NCBI GenBank assembly: GCA_023416135.1 | Contig: JAEZIF010000296.1 | Coordinates: 10,611 to 74,610, forward strand | Reading direction: 5' to 3' | DNA from: Pseudomonadota bacterium | GTDB lineage: Bacteria; Pseudomonadota; Alphaproteobacteria; Reyranellales; Reyranellaceae | DNA length: 64,000 nt | Shown here: positions 9,054 to 18,072 of the stretch, one piece after another | How positions within the stretch are numbered: position 1 is the stretch's first letter | Layout: each line of letters begins with the position of its first letter | Program-made: the position numbers and the translations under genes | Notes under the pieces: generated by a model | Databases searched by the model: none | Seen by the model: only the letters and a program-made list of their open reading frames with translations | What the model was told of the DNA's origin: nothing

Positions 9054-10531
9054 CCTTCGGCAGCGACGCCGCGGCCCGATACCATCCTCTCGCAGTGGTC
9101 CGCAGGTTGGCGGACTGGTTGCTGGCGGTCACGTTCTTTGCCGTCGTGGCGCTGGCTGCGCTTCCCATGGGCGCCAACCGCGACTGGGCATGGGCGCCGA
9201 TAGCCGTGATCATCGGCATGTTGGCGATGGCTGGTGCAGCCGGCATCGGGACGCGTGGCGGTTTCGAGGTGATCGAGCGCGAACGCCTGCCGCTGCTTGC
9301 CGTGATTGCCTGCTTCCTGATGTTCATGCTCTTCGGCCTGTTCCAGATGGCCGCTTGGGCGCCGTCGTCGGGCAGTGCCTGGTTCTACGAGACGGCGGCG
9401 CGACTGCTCGGCGGCGCACATGCCCCGGTACCGGACCTCGCGATCGATGCCTCGCGGAACACCCTGCTGAAATGCCTGACCTGCGGCGCCATCTTCCTGA
9501 TGGCGCGCGCAATCTGCCGTGATCGCCGGCGCGCGCGGCTGCTGCTGTTGATGTTCATCGGGGGCGCCCTGCTGGTGTCGGCCTACGGCCTTCTCATGCA
9601 GTTCCAGACCAGTTCCTGCTACGTCGGCAGCTATCTCAAGAAGGTCGGCTCCTACCAGCTATGGAGCGACCGGTGCGTGATGTCGGGGACGTTCGTCTCC
9701 AGCAATTCGTTCGGCTGCTATTGCGGAATGGCGCTGGTGGCCGCGATGGCAATGGTCTTCGCCGGTCGGCGACGCCGGGGAGACTTGCCCTACGGCTATG
9801 ACGAGGTCGATGACGAGAGCTTTGTCGCTTCCCTGACCGGCTTTCGCGTGACGATGCTTGCGGCCTGCCTCCTGCTGCTGGGAGGGCTGCTCTTCTCCGC
9901 CTCGCGCGCCGGCCTCGCGGCAACCCTGGCAAGCGCGAGTTTGCTCGCGGCGCTAATGCTGCGCGGCCGCTGGCACTCGCGGCCGGGCCTGGTGCGCCTG
10001 TTCGCCGGAATCGCCCTCGCCGTCGGTCTCGTCGTCCTGGTGATCGCCGGCAACGCCATCGTCGACAAGGTGGCCCGCGCCTCCGATGGTGGTGACCGCC
10101 TCCGCATCTGGCTCGCCGCCCTCCAGGCGGTCGGGATGTCGCCATGGCTGGGCTGGGGACTCGGCGGCTTCGCCGACATCTATGCGGTGCTGCAGCCCGC
10201 GCGTCTCCCGGTGGCCAACGATCTTGCGCACTCCACGCCTCTGGAAACGATCGTCGAAGTCGGAGTACCGATGGCGCTTGTCGGCTATGCGATCGTCCTG
10301 ATCCCATGTGGCGTGGCGCTCCACGGTAGCCTGACCCGGCGGCAGGCCCACCGGTATCTGCCCGGTGCCGCCTTCGCGGTCGCGATGGTTCCGATCCTGC
10401 ATTCGATGGTCGATTTCAGCCTGCAAATGCCGGCCATTGCTTACGTTGTCAGTGCGCTCCTCGGCATGGGTTGGACGCAGGCGTTCGGTCGCAGGGAGCG
10501 GACACCGCGCGCCTTTACGCCTTGGGAGTAG
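9029..10531 (+). CDS. O-antigen ligase family (Wzy_C) membrane protein
   Basis: Polytopic; SGTFVSSNSF, SASRAGL, RLRIW, PWLGWGLGGF, AHSTPLE, LHSMVDFSLQMPA; true start may be later. Confidence 0.88.
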   Translation: MARAPEEVAFGSDAAARYHPLAVVRRLADWLLAVTFFAVVALAALPMGANRDWAWAPIAVIIGMLAMAGAAGIGTRGGFEVIERERLPLLAVIACFLMFMLFGLFQMAAWAPSSGSAWFYETAARLLGGAHAPVPDLAIDASRNTLLKCLTCGAIFLMARAICRDRRRARLLLLMFIGGALLVSAYGLLMQFQTSSCYVGSYLKKVGSYQLWSDRCVMSGTFVSSNSFGCYCGMALVAAMAMVFAGRRRRGDLPYGYDEVDDESFVASLTGFRVTMLAACLLLLGGLLFSASRAGLAATLASASLLAALMLRGRWHSRPGLVRLFAGIALAVGLVVLVIAGNAIVDKVARASDGGDRLRIWLAALQAVGMSPWLGWGLGGFADIYAVLQPARLPVANDLAHSTPLETIVEVGVPMALVGYAIVLIPCGVALHGSLTRRQAHRYLPGAAFAVAMVPILHSMVDFSLQMPAIAYVVSALLGMGWTQAFGRRERTPRAFTPWE

Positions 10532-10671
10532 ATCAACTATACACAGCCGAAGTGCAAACAGTGTGCATTGGGGCGCACTGGTTGTAGGGTGCGTTGCGAG
10601 CGGCCGATCCGGTTCGCCTCACCACGCCGTATGGGTTGCTGGAGGGCGTAGGCTTGCGCAGTGCTATTCCG

Positions 10672-11967
10672 ATGGAGCCCGGTGCCTCTTCGATCGGGGG
10701 CAATGGCTCGCGGGTGATGCGGTCCGCGCCGCAGCGCTTCCTCGAGACGTGGATCGATGCAGCCGTCGGCTTCCTGTTCTGCGTGGTGTTGCCGATACCG
10801 CTCTATGCCACGGGTGAGCCGTTCGCCGGTGCTTTGGGCGGCACGGAGTTCACCATCATTGCGACAGCGGTCGGCTATTCGGTGGTGTGGTATTGCGGCC
10901 GGCGGCTCGATGCCTTTCCGCGCGCGACCCTGCAGGGTAACATCGGCTACGTCGCGCCGGTCGCCGTCCTGACCTACGCCTTGATCGCCGCCATTCTGCT
11001 GCTGCTGCGCACCGACTATTCACGCGTGCAACTCTTCGGCTCGGGCCTCCTCACGGTAATTTGGATGGCGAGCGTGGCGCAGCTTCGGTCGCGCTACCTG
11101 GTACGCGCCTATGCCGTGATTCCTCGCTCGTCCATTGCCGACATGCCGGTGCTCGCGACATGCCGTTGGCTCGACTTCGACGAAGTCCAAAGGCGAGAGA
11201 TCAGGGTGGACGCCATAGTCGCCGATCTCGGCTCTGGTCTGGGGGAGGCGCGGCTTGCCGCTCTGGCAGATGCGGCAATCGCGGGTGTGCCGGTGCTCGA
11301 CCGGCGCTACATCGTCGAGACTTTGACTGGTCGCACGCCGCTCGGCGGGCTCACGCCCAACGAGTTCGGCGCCCTGCTGCCGTCACGTCAGTATCTCGTC
11401 GTACGCCGCTCCGTCGAGCTTGGGCTCACCGTGCTGCTGCTCCCGGTCCTGCTGCCGATGCTGCTGGGCGTGGCGCTGGCAGTCCGCCTGGATAGTCCCG
11501 GCCCGGTCTTCTTCGTACAGACGCGCATCGGCCGGCGCGGACAGCCGTTCCGCATGGTCAAGTTCCGCACCATGTTCCACGGCGCCGGCGGTCCAAGCTT
11601 CACCACTTCCAGCGATCCGCGCGTCACACGCATCGGCGCCTTCCTGCGCAAGTGCCGGCTCGACGAACTGCCGCAGCTCTTCAACGTCCTGAACGGCCAC
11701 ATGAGCTGGGTCGGACCGCGGCCGGAGGCGGAGTCGCTCGAGAAGGGCTATGTCCGCGACATCGAGCATTTCGCGTTGCGCAGCATCGTGCGGCCGGGCG
11801 TCACCGGCTGGGCGCAGATCAACCAGGGCTATGCCCATGAGTCCGACGAGATGCGATCCAAGCTCGAGTACGACCTCTATTACCTCAAGCACTGCTCTCT
11901 GTGGCTTGATCTTGTGATCGTGTTGCGTACCTTTGCCGTGGTGTTCCGCGGCACCGGTGCACGCTGA
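10672..11967 (+). CDS. Polyprenyl glycosylphosphotransferase (priming sugar transferase)
   Basis: DSPGPVFFVQTRIG, KFRTM, DPRVTRIGAFLRKCRLDELPQLFNVLNGHMSWVGPRPE, RPGVTGWAQI, KLEYDLYY; start uncertain. Confidence 0.92.
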   Translation: MEPGASSIGGNGSRVMRSAPQRFLETWIDAAVGFLFCVVLPIPLYATGEPFAGALGGTEFTIIATAVGYSVVWYCGRRLDAFPRATLQGNIGYVAPVAVLTYALIAAILLLLRTDYSRVQLFGSGLLTVIWMASVAQLRSRYLVRAYAVIPRSSIADMPVLATCRWLDFDEVQRREIRVDAIVADLGSGLGEARLAALADAAIAGVPVLDRRYIVETLTGRTPLGGLTPNEFGALLPSRQYLVVRRSVELGLTVLLLPVLLPMLLGVALAVRLDSPGPVFFVQTRIGRRGQPFRMVKFRTMFHGAGGPSFTTSSDPRVTRIGAFLRKCRLDELPQLFNVLNGHMSWVGPRPEAESLEKGYVRDIEHFALRSIVRPGVTGWAQINQGYAHESDEMRSKLEYDLYYLKHCSLWLDLVIVLRTFAVVFRGTGAR

Positions 11968-11995
11968 CCGTCGCCGCCTCCCTGCGATCCGAATC

Positions 11996-13834
11996 ATGTG
12001 CGGAATAGCCGGCATCCATGCCTACCTTGCGGTCGCGCCCGCCGTCGACCGCGCCGAGCTCGGGCGCATCAACGACCGCATGGCAGCGCGCGGCCCGGAT
12101 GGCGGAGGGCTGTGGCTTGCAGCCGACGGCCGGACCGGTTTGGGACACCAGCGGCTGGCCATCATCGACCTCAGCGAGGCCGGTACGCAGCCCATGCACA
12201 GCGCTTGCGGCCAGTACACCATCACGTTCAACGGCGAGATCTACAATTATCGCGAACTGCGCGACGAGCTGGTGGCACGCGGCCATACCTTCCGTAGCGG
12301 CTCCGACACGGAGGTGTTGCTGCACCTCTATGCCGATTGCGGTGCCGACATGGTGCGCAAGCTGCGTGGCATGTTCGCCTTCGGCCTGTGGGACGCGACG
12401 AAGCGCACGCTGCTGCTGGCGCGCGACGCGCTGGGTATCAAGCCGCTCTATTGGAGCGACGACGGCTGGACCGTGCGCTTCGCCTCCCAGGCCAAGGCTC
12501 TGCTGGCCGGGGGCGCTGTCTCGCGCGACCCCGACTCGGCAGGCATCGTTGGGTTTCACCTGTTCGGCAGCGTGCCCGAGCCCTTCACGGTGTGGCGCGA
12601 CGTGCGTTGTCTGCCGGCAGGTACGACGCTGACCGTCGACGCTACCGGTCCGGGTACGCCGCAACGCTTCTACGACGTCGCCGACGCGCTTGCCGAGCGC
12701 GCATCGAACGCGAGCCGCGACGTGGCCGATGCACGACGTCGTCTCGCCGACGCGGTACGCGAGTCGGTGCGCCACCATCTCGTGGCCGACGTGCCGGTTG
12801 CAGTGTTCCTGTCGGCCGGGCTCGATTCGGGTGCGCTGCTTGGCACCATGGCAGGATTGGGGGCGCGCTCGGTCTCGGCGGTCACGCTCGCCTTTGCCGA
12901 GTTCAAGGGGCTGGCCGTCGACGAGGCGCCGCTCGCGGCCGAGGTCGCCCGGCGTTATGGCGCTCAGCATATCGTTCGCACCGTCGATCGCGCCGAGTTC
13001 GAGGCGGATCTGCCGGCCATCCTCCAAGCCATGGACCTGCCGACCATCGACGGCATCAACACGTGGTTCGTCGCCAAGGCCGCCCATGAGGCGGGCATCA
13101 AGGTGGCCCTCAGCGGCCTTGGCGCCGACGAGTGCTTCGGCGGCTATCCGTCGTTCACGGACGTGCCGCGCAGCGTGCGCTGGCTCGGGCCGCTGTCCTT
13201 GTTGCCCGGCGTCGGAGCGCTCGCCCGGCGAGGGTTGTCAGCGGCGATCGGCGCGGGACTTGGCCTGCATCCCAAGGCGGCAGGTTTGCTGCAGTACGGC
13301 GGCAGTTGGGCCGGCGCCTATCTGCTGCGCCGCAGCGTCTACATGCCATGGGAGCTCGACGAGATGCTCGACCCATCGCTCGTGGCTGACGGGCTGCGCC
13401 GCCTGGCGCCGCTCAGCTACATCGCCTCGTCGGTGCAGCGGGCCCGAGGACTCGGTGACTTCGACCGGGTCGCAGCCATGGAGACCGCACTCTACATGCG
13501 CAATCAACTGCTGCGTGACGCCGATTGGGCGGGCATGTCCCACGGGGTCGAGATCCGGGTTCCGTACGTCGATCCATTTTTCCTTGCTGCGTTGCCGCCG
13601 GGCGAAATACTGGCGCGCGTCAATGCCAAGGACGCCGTGGCCGAGGTGCCGCAGCCGGCGTTGCCGAATACCATCCGCTCGCGGCGCAAGACAGGCTTCG
13701 TGACGCCGGTCGGCCGCTGGCTGCGTGACGCGGCGGGCGAGTCGGCGCACGCGACGGTCGATTTTTCTGCCGCCTCCCGCGGATGGGCGCGGCGCGTCTG
13801 GCACAGCGGCTGGACGAGCCCCGAGGTGGCATGA
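11996..13834 (+). CDS. asnB: Asparagine synthase (glutamine-hydrolysing) family amidotransferase
   Basis: MCGIAG, RGPDG, RLAIIDL, FNGEIYNYREL, SDTEV, FLSAGLDS, LSGLGADECFGGY, EIRVPY. Confidence 0.95.
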   Translation: MCGIAGIHAYLAVAPAVDRAELGRINDRMAARGPDGGGLWLAADGRTGLGHQRLAIIDLSEAGTQPMHSACGQYTITFNGEIYNYRELRDELVARGHTFRSGSDTEVLLHLYADCGADMVRKLRGMFAFGLWDATKRTLLLARDALGIKPLYWSDDGWTVRFASQAKALLAGGAVSRDPDSAGIVGFHLFGSVPEPFTVWRDVRCLPAGTTLTVDATGPGTPQRFYDVADALAERASNASRDVADARRRLADAVRESVRHHLVADVPVAVFLSAGLDSGALLGTMAGLGARSVSAVTLAFAEFKGLAVDEAPLAAEVARRYGAQHIVRTVDRAEFEADLPAILQAMDLPTIDGINTWFVAKAAHEAGIKVALSGLGADECFGGYPSFTDVPRSVRWLGPLSLLPGVGALARRGLSAAIGAGLGLHPKAAGLLQYGGSWAGAYLLRRSVYMPWELDEMLDPSLVADGLRRLAPLSYIASSVQRARGLGDFDRVAAMETALYMRNQLLRDADWAGMSHGVEIRVPYVDPFFLAALPPGEILARVNAKDAVAEVPQPALPNTIRSRRKTGFVTPVGRWLRDAAGESAHATVDFSAASRGWARRVWHSGWTSPEVA

Positions 13835-13841
13835 CGCGACG

Positions 13842-14945
13842 ATGACGGTCCGGATTCTGGCTCTGGTCGGCGACGCTTACGGCGCACGCGGCGGTATCGC
13901 TCGCTTCAACCGCGACCTGTTCGGCGCGCTGGCCACGACGGGCGTAGAGATCCTCGTGCTGCCGCGACTCGGCACGGCCGGCGAGCCGCTGCCCGCGGGC
14001 GTGCGGCAACGGCCCGCCAGGTTCGGAAGGTTGCGCTTTGCGCTCGCTGCGCTGTGGGCCGCTTGGCGCTTTCGGCCCGTGGACATCGTGTTCTGCGGAC
14101 ATGTCTACATGGCACCGCTGGCTGCCTTGTTGGCGCGCCTGCTTGGCGCCCGCTACTGGCTGCAAGTTCACGGCGCCGAGATCTGGCGGGACCGCCGCAG
14201 CATCGTGCGCCGGGCCATCGAGGCAGCGGACCAGGTGACCGCGGTCAGTCGCGGCACGCGCAAGCATCTGCTCGGCTGGGTCGATCTCGCACCCGAACAA
14301 GTGCGGGTGTTGCCCAACACCGTCGACGAGCGATTTGCGCCTGGCAAAGCTTCGTCGGCGCTGCGCGAGCGCCTGAAGCTCGGACCCGGCCCGATCTTGC
14401 TCGCCGTCGGCCGGCTGTCGGCCGGAGAGCGCTACAAGGGCCATGAGCACGTGTTCGCGGCCTTGACCGACCTCCGCCGGCGCTTTCCCGGACTGGTCTA
14501 TGCAGTGGCGGGCGAGGGTGACGACCGCGCCCGGCTGGAGGCGCGTGCCGGCGAGCTGACAGGCGATGCGCCGCCCGTCCGCTTTCTGGGGTACGTGCCC
14601 GATGAGGACCTGCCCGATCTCTATCGCCTGGCCGATCTCTTCGTCATGCCGAGTTCCGAGGAAGGCTTCGGCATCGTCTATCTCGAGGCCGCAGCTTGTG
14701 GACTGCGCGTGATCGGCGGTGCGGGTGGCGGCAGCGGCGATGCAATTCCTGTCGGCAGCGTGGGAACGATCGTCGACCCAGCCGACCATGCTGGTCTGAT
14801 TGAGGCTGTGACTCGGCTGCTCGGGCAGGGGCGGGTTGACCCGTCGGCGATCGAGCCCTATCGGCGGCCGCACTTTGCCGCCACCGCCCGTCTACTCCTC
14901 GCTCGCCTTCTGGCTCAGCCGCGTCGTGTGAGGGGCATAGTATGA
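13842..14945 (+). CDS. Glycosyltransferase family 4
   Basis: GGIARF, VGRLSAGERYKG, FVMPSSEEGFGIVYLEAAACG. Confidence 0.9.
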   Translation: MTVRILALVGDAYGARGGIARFNRDLFGALATTGVEILVLPRLGTAGEPLPAGVRQRPARFGRLRFALAALWAAWRFRPVDIVFCGHVYMAPLAALLARLLGARYWLQVHGAEIWRDRRSIVRRAIEAADQVTAVSRGTRKHLLGWVDLAPEQVRVLPNTVDERFAPGKASSALRERLKLGPGPILLAVGRLSAGERYKGHEHVFAALTDLRRRFPGLVYAVAGEGDDRARLEARAGELTGDAPPVRFLGYVPDEDLPDLYRLADLFVMPSSEEGFGIVYLEAAACGLRVIGGAGGGSGDAIPVGSVGTIVDPADHAGLIEAVTRLLGQGRVDPSAIEPYRRPHFAATARLLLARLLAQPRRVRGIV

Positions 14946-15076
14946 CGACGCTCGAGCAGGAGCCGACACTCGTCCTCGAGGCGGGCCGCGCCGACGGTGC
15001 CTTGCCGATGAGGCTGGCCCGTCCCAACGGCTTCGGCGAGTTGCAGCAAGCGGCCGCCGAGCCGGGGACGGAGTAG
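14942..15076 (+). pseudogene. 44-codon in-frame fusion scar of a deleted wzm-wzt pair
   Basis: MTTLEQEPTLVLEAGRAD-GALPMRLARPNGFGELQQAAAEPGTE*; first half matches the Wzm N-terminus (HLVLEAGRAD), second half matches the Wzt C-terminus (GPLAMRLTAPLEF) encoded at 29.5-31.7 kb. Confidence 0.75.
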
Positions 15077-15086
15077 TCGTCCGGCA

Positions 15087-16304
15087 ATGCGCGGCGCCGT
15101 CTGCATCGTGAGCCCGGGCAACCTCGCGTCCAATCCGCGCGTGCTCAAGGAAGCCGACACTCTGCATGAGGCCGGCTACGCCGTAACCACCGTTGTCTGC
15201 GACTATACCGAAGCGCTGCGCGGCTTCGACGACGAGATCGCAGCCGGCGCGGCATGGAAGGTCCTGCGCGTGCCGCGGTCGGTCAGCGAGCGGCCGATCG
15301 GCATGCTGGCGGGCGGCGTCGCGAGGCTGGCGGGAACGCGCACCCCCGTTGCATTGGCCGCGCGGGCCTACGGCGGGCCAGCTGCTGCATTGACGCGGGC
15401 GGCGAGCAGGGTGCCGGCCGATCTCTATATCGGGCACTACGTCGCCGGATTGGCTGCGGCGGGCAGGGCCGCGCGGCGTCGTGGGGCGATGCTGGGGTTT
15501 GATGCGGAGGATCTGCACACCGGCGAGGGGACAGCGCTCCAGGTCACCATGGTGCGGGCCATCGAAGGCGTCCTGCTGCCGACTTGTCGTCATGTGACGG
15601 CGGCGGCGCCGCTGATCGGCACGGCGTATCGCGCACGCTACGGCATCGAATCGACCACGGTTCTCAACGTCTTTCCTCTCGCAATGGCGCCGGCAGTACC
15701 TGTGCGCGAGGGTCAGGGGACGTTCAGGGCCTACTGGTTCTCGCAGACGGTCGGCCTGGATCGCGGCTTGCAGGCCTTCATCCAGGCAATGGCGCGTACG
15801 GCGGCGCGCGTCACCCTCGACATCCGTGGCGGCGACCGGTGGGGACATGGCGATAGGCTGATGGAGCTTGCACGCGAGCTCGGCGTCGCCGACCGAGTCG
15901 CCCTGCTGCCCATGGCTGCGCCGCCGGAGATGGTGCGCCTGGCGGCAGACTACGATATCGGCCTGTCGCTGGAGACCGACGTCAGCGAGAATCGCCGCGT
16001 CTGCCTCACCAACAAGATTTTCACCTACCTGCTGGCGGGGGTGCCAGTGCTGTTGAGCGACACGCCTGCACAGGACGCGCTGGCCCATGAGTTGGGCGCG
16101 GCCGCCCGTATCGTCTCCCTGGCTGCTCCCGATGCCATCGCAGCGGTGCTCGATCGCCTCGCCGGATCCCCTGAGGCGCGGTCGGAAGCGCGGGACAGAG
16201 CGTGGCGATTGGGCCGCGAACGCTACAACTGGGACGTCGAGAAAGGAGCGCTCCTGGCCTCGGTCGAACGAGCCTTTGCGGGCGGCGGTCGGGTGGCGGC
16301 ATGA
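15087..16304 (+). CDS. Glycosyltransferase (GT4-like, GT-B)
   Basis: SNPRVLKEA, FDAEDLH, YDIGLSLE, CLTNKIFTYLLAGVPV, YNWDVEK. Confidence 0.85.
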   Translation: MRGAVCIVSPGNLASNPRVLKEADTLHEAGYAVTTVVCDYTEALRGFDDEIAAGAAWKVLRVPRSVSERPIGMLAGGVARLAGTRTPVALAARAYGGPAAALTRAASRVPADLYIGHYVAGLAAAGRAARRRGAMLGFDAEDLHTGEGTALQVTMVRAIEGVLLPTCRHVTAAAPLIGTAYRARYGIESTTVLNVFPLAMAPAVPVREGQGTFRAYWFSQTVGLDRGLQAFIQAMARTAARVTLDIRGGDRWGHGDRLMELARELGVADRVALLPMAAPPEMVRLAADYDIGLSLETDVSENRRVCLTNKIFTYLLAGVPVLLSDTPAQDALAHELGAAARIVSLAAPDAIAAVLDRLAGSPEARSEARDRAWRLGRERYNWDVEKGALLASVERAFAGGGRVAA

Positions 16305-17023
16305 CGACCCTGAAACAGCGGCTGGGAGCTTGGCTGATCCCGCGTATGCCGGTGAACCCGTGGGTGTTCCGTACTTTCCGCGTCGAGCTGAACGCGATGA
16401 TGGTGCGGTTGCTGAACAGCATCCATCCCCGCCGCGTCGCCCGGCTGCACGCGCTGCGCCGGCAGCAGGGTGTCCTGGTCAATGTCGGATGCGGCCCGTT
16501 CGGCCAGGACGGCTGGATCAATCTCGATCTCGTCCCCGCACCCGGCGTCACCATGTGCGTCGATTGCCGGCGCGGCCTGCCGCTCGGCGAAGGCGTGGTG
16601 CGAGGCATCCATGTCGAGCACTATCTCGAGCATCTAGAGCCCACGACGGAGCGCTCGCGTTTCCTAGCCGAATGTCGGCGCTGCCTGCAGCCCGGCGGCA
16701 TTCTGCGCATCATCGTCCCCGACATGGGGAGGTATGCCGAGGCCTATCTCGCGAACGACTGGACGATGCTGAACCGGATGGGCTGCGGTGGCGGGCTGCC
16801 GCAGGCGACCTTCGCCACCAAGATGGAGGCGCTGAACCACGTCTTCCTGCAGGACGGCGACCACTATGGCGGCTTCGACGCCGAGTACCTGCGCCGCACG
16901 CTCGAGCAGGCCGGCTTCGACGACGTGGCACTGGTGGGTTGGCGCGAAGGCCGCTTTCCAGGCGGCCCGATCGACCGCGAGCAGCATCGGCTTTATTCGC
17001 TGTACATGGAGGCATGCCGCTGA
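16301..17023 (+). CDS. SAM-dependent methyltransferase (Methyltransf_11-like)
   Basis: VNVGCGP, GWINLD, EHYLEHL, ECRRCLQPGGILRIIVPD, SLYMEA; ATGA-coupled. Confidence 0.85.
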   Translation: MTTLKQRLGAWLIPRMPVNPWVFRTFRVELNAMMVRLLNSIHPRRVARLHALRRQQGVLVNVGCGPFGQDGWINLDLVPAPGVTMCVDCRRGLPLGEGVVRGIHVEHYLEHLEPTTERSRFLAECRRCLQPGGILRIIVPDMGRYAEAYLANDWTMLNRMGCGGGLPQATFATKMEALNHVFLQDGDHYGGFDAEYLRRTLEQAGFDDVALVGWREGRFPGGPIDREQHRLYSLYMEACR

Positions 17024-18072
17024 TGCGCATCCTGATCACCGCCGATCCGGAGATCGAAGTGCCACCGCGTCTCTATGGCGGCATCGAGCGCATCGTCGAC
17101 GGTATCGTGCGCCGTCTGCGCGCGGGAGGGCACAAGGTCGGCCTGGTCGCCAAGCCCGGTTCGCAATGCCCGGCCGATGCCTTCCATCCCTGGCCGGGAG
17201 CGAGCTCGCTGTCGCGCGCCGATACGGTGCGCAACGGTCTCACCCTGTGGAGGGCCGTGCGCGCCTTCCAGCCGGACGTCATCCACAGCTTCTCGCGGCT
17301 TGCCTACCTGACCCCGCTGCTGCGCGGTGCGATCCCGATCGTCATGTCGTTTCAGCGCGACCCGACCATGCGGACGGTCGGCACGGCAGTGAAGCTCGCC
17401 GCTCCCGAGGTGCTGCGTTTCACCGGTTGCAGCGACTACATCGCCGCCTGCGGACGACGCGCCGGCGGAGATTGGCATGGAATTCCCAACTTCTTCGAGA
17501 TCGATTCGCTCGGCTTCAGCCCGGCGGTCGCGGCAGACGCGCCGCTCTGCTTCCTGAGTCGCGTCGAGAGCATCAAGGGAGCCGACTGGGCGATCGAGAT
17601 CGCTCGCCGCACCGGCCATCGCCTCGTGATCGCCGGCAACCACGCCGATTCCGGTGTCGAGGGTGACTATTGGCGGACCAAGATCGCGCCATGGATCGGC
17701 CGCGACGGTATCGAGTATGTCGGACCGGTCGACGACGTGCAGAAGAACAAGGTGCTGGGCGAGGCGCGCGCCATGGTCGTGCCCATCCAGTGGAACGAGC
17801 CGTTCGGCATCGTGTTCGCCGAGGCGCTGGGCTGCGGCACGCCCGTCATCTCCTGCCCGCGCGGCTCGCTGCCCGAGATCGTGCGCCAGGGCGTCGACGG
17901 ATTTCTGATCAGGTCGATCGAAGAGGGCTGCGAGGCGGTGGCCAAGCTCGGCACCATCGATCGCGCCGGCTGCCGGCGCCGCGCCGAACAGGAGTATTCG
18001 CCGGAGGTGGTGGTCGCTCGCTATGTCAAGCTCTATGAGAGTGCCCGTTTGGCGCTGAAGTCGCGACGATGA
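17023..18072 (+). CDS. Glycosyltransferase family 4
   Basis: VPPRLYGGIERIV, PIQWNEPFGIVFAEALGCGTPVI, RGSLPEIV. Confidence 0.92.
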   Translation: MRILITADPEIEVPPRLYGGIERIVDGIVRRLRAGGHKVGLVAKPGSQCPADAFHPWPGASSLSRADTVRNGLTLWRAVRAFQPDVIHSFSRLAYLTPLLRGAIPIVMSFQRDPTMRTVGTAVKLAAPEVLRFTGCSDYIAACGRRAGGDWHGIPNFFEIDSLGFSPAVAADAPLCFLSRVESIKGADWAIEIARRTGHRLVIAGNHADSGVEGDYWRTKIAPWIGRDGIEYVGPVDDVQKNKVLGEARAMVVPIQWNEPFGIVFAEALGCGTPVISCPRGSLPEIVRQGVDGFLIRSIEEGCEAVAKLGTIDRAGCRRRAEQEYSPEVVVARYVKLYESARLALKSRR

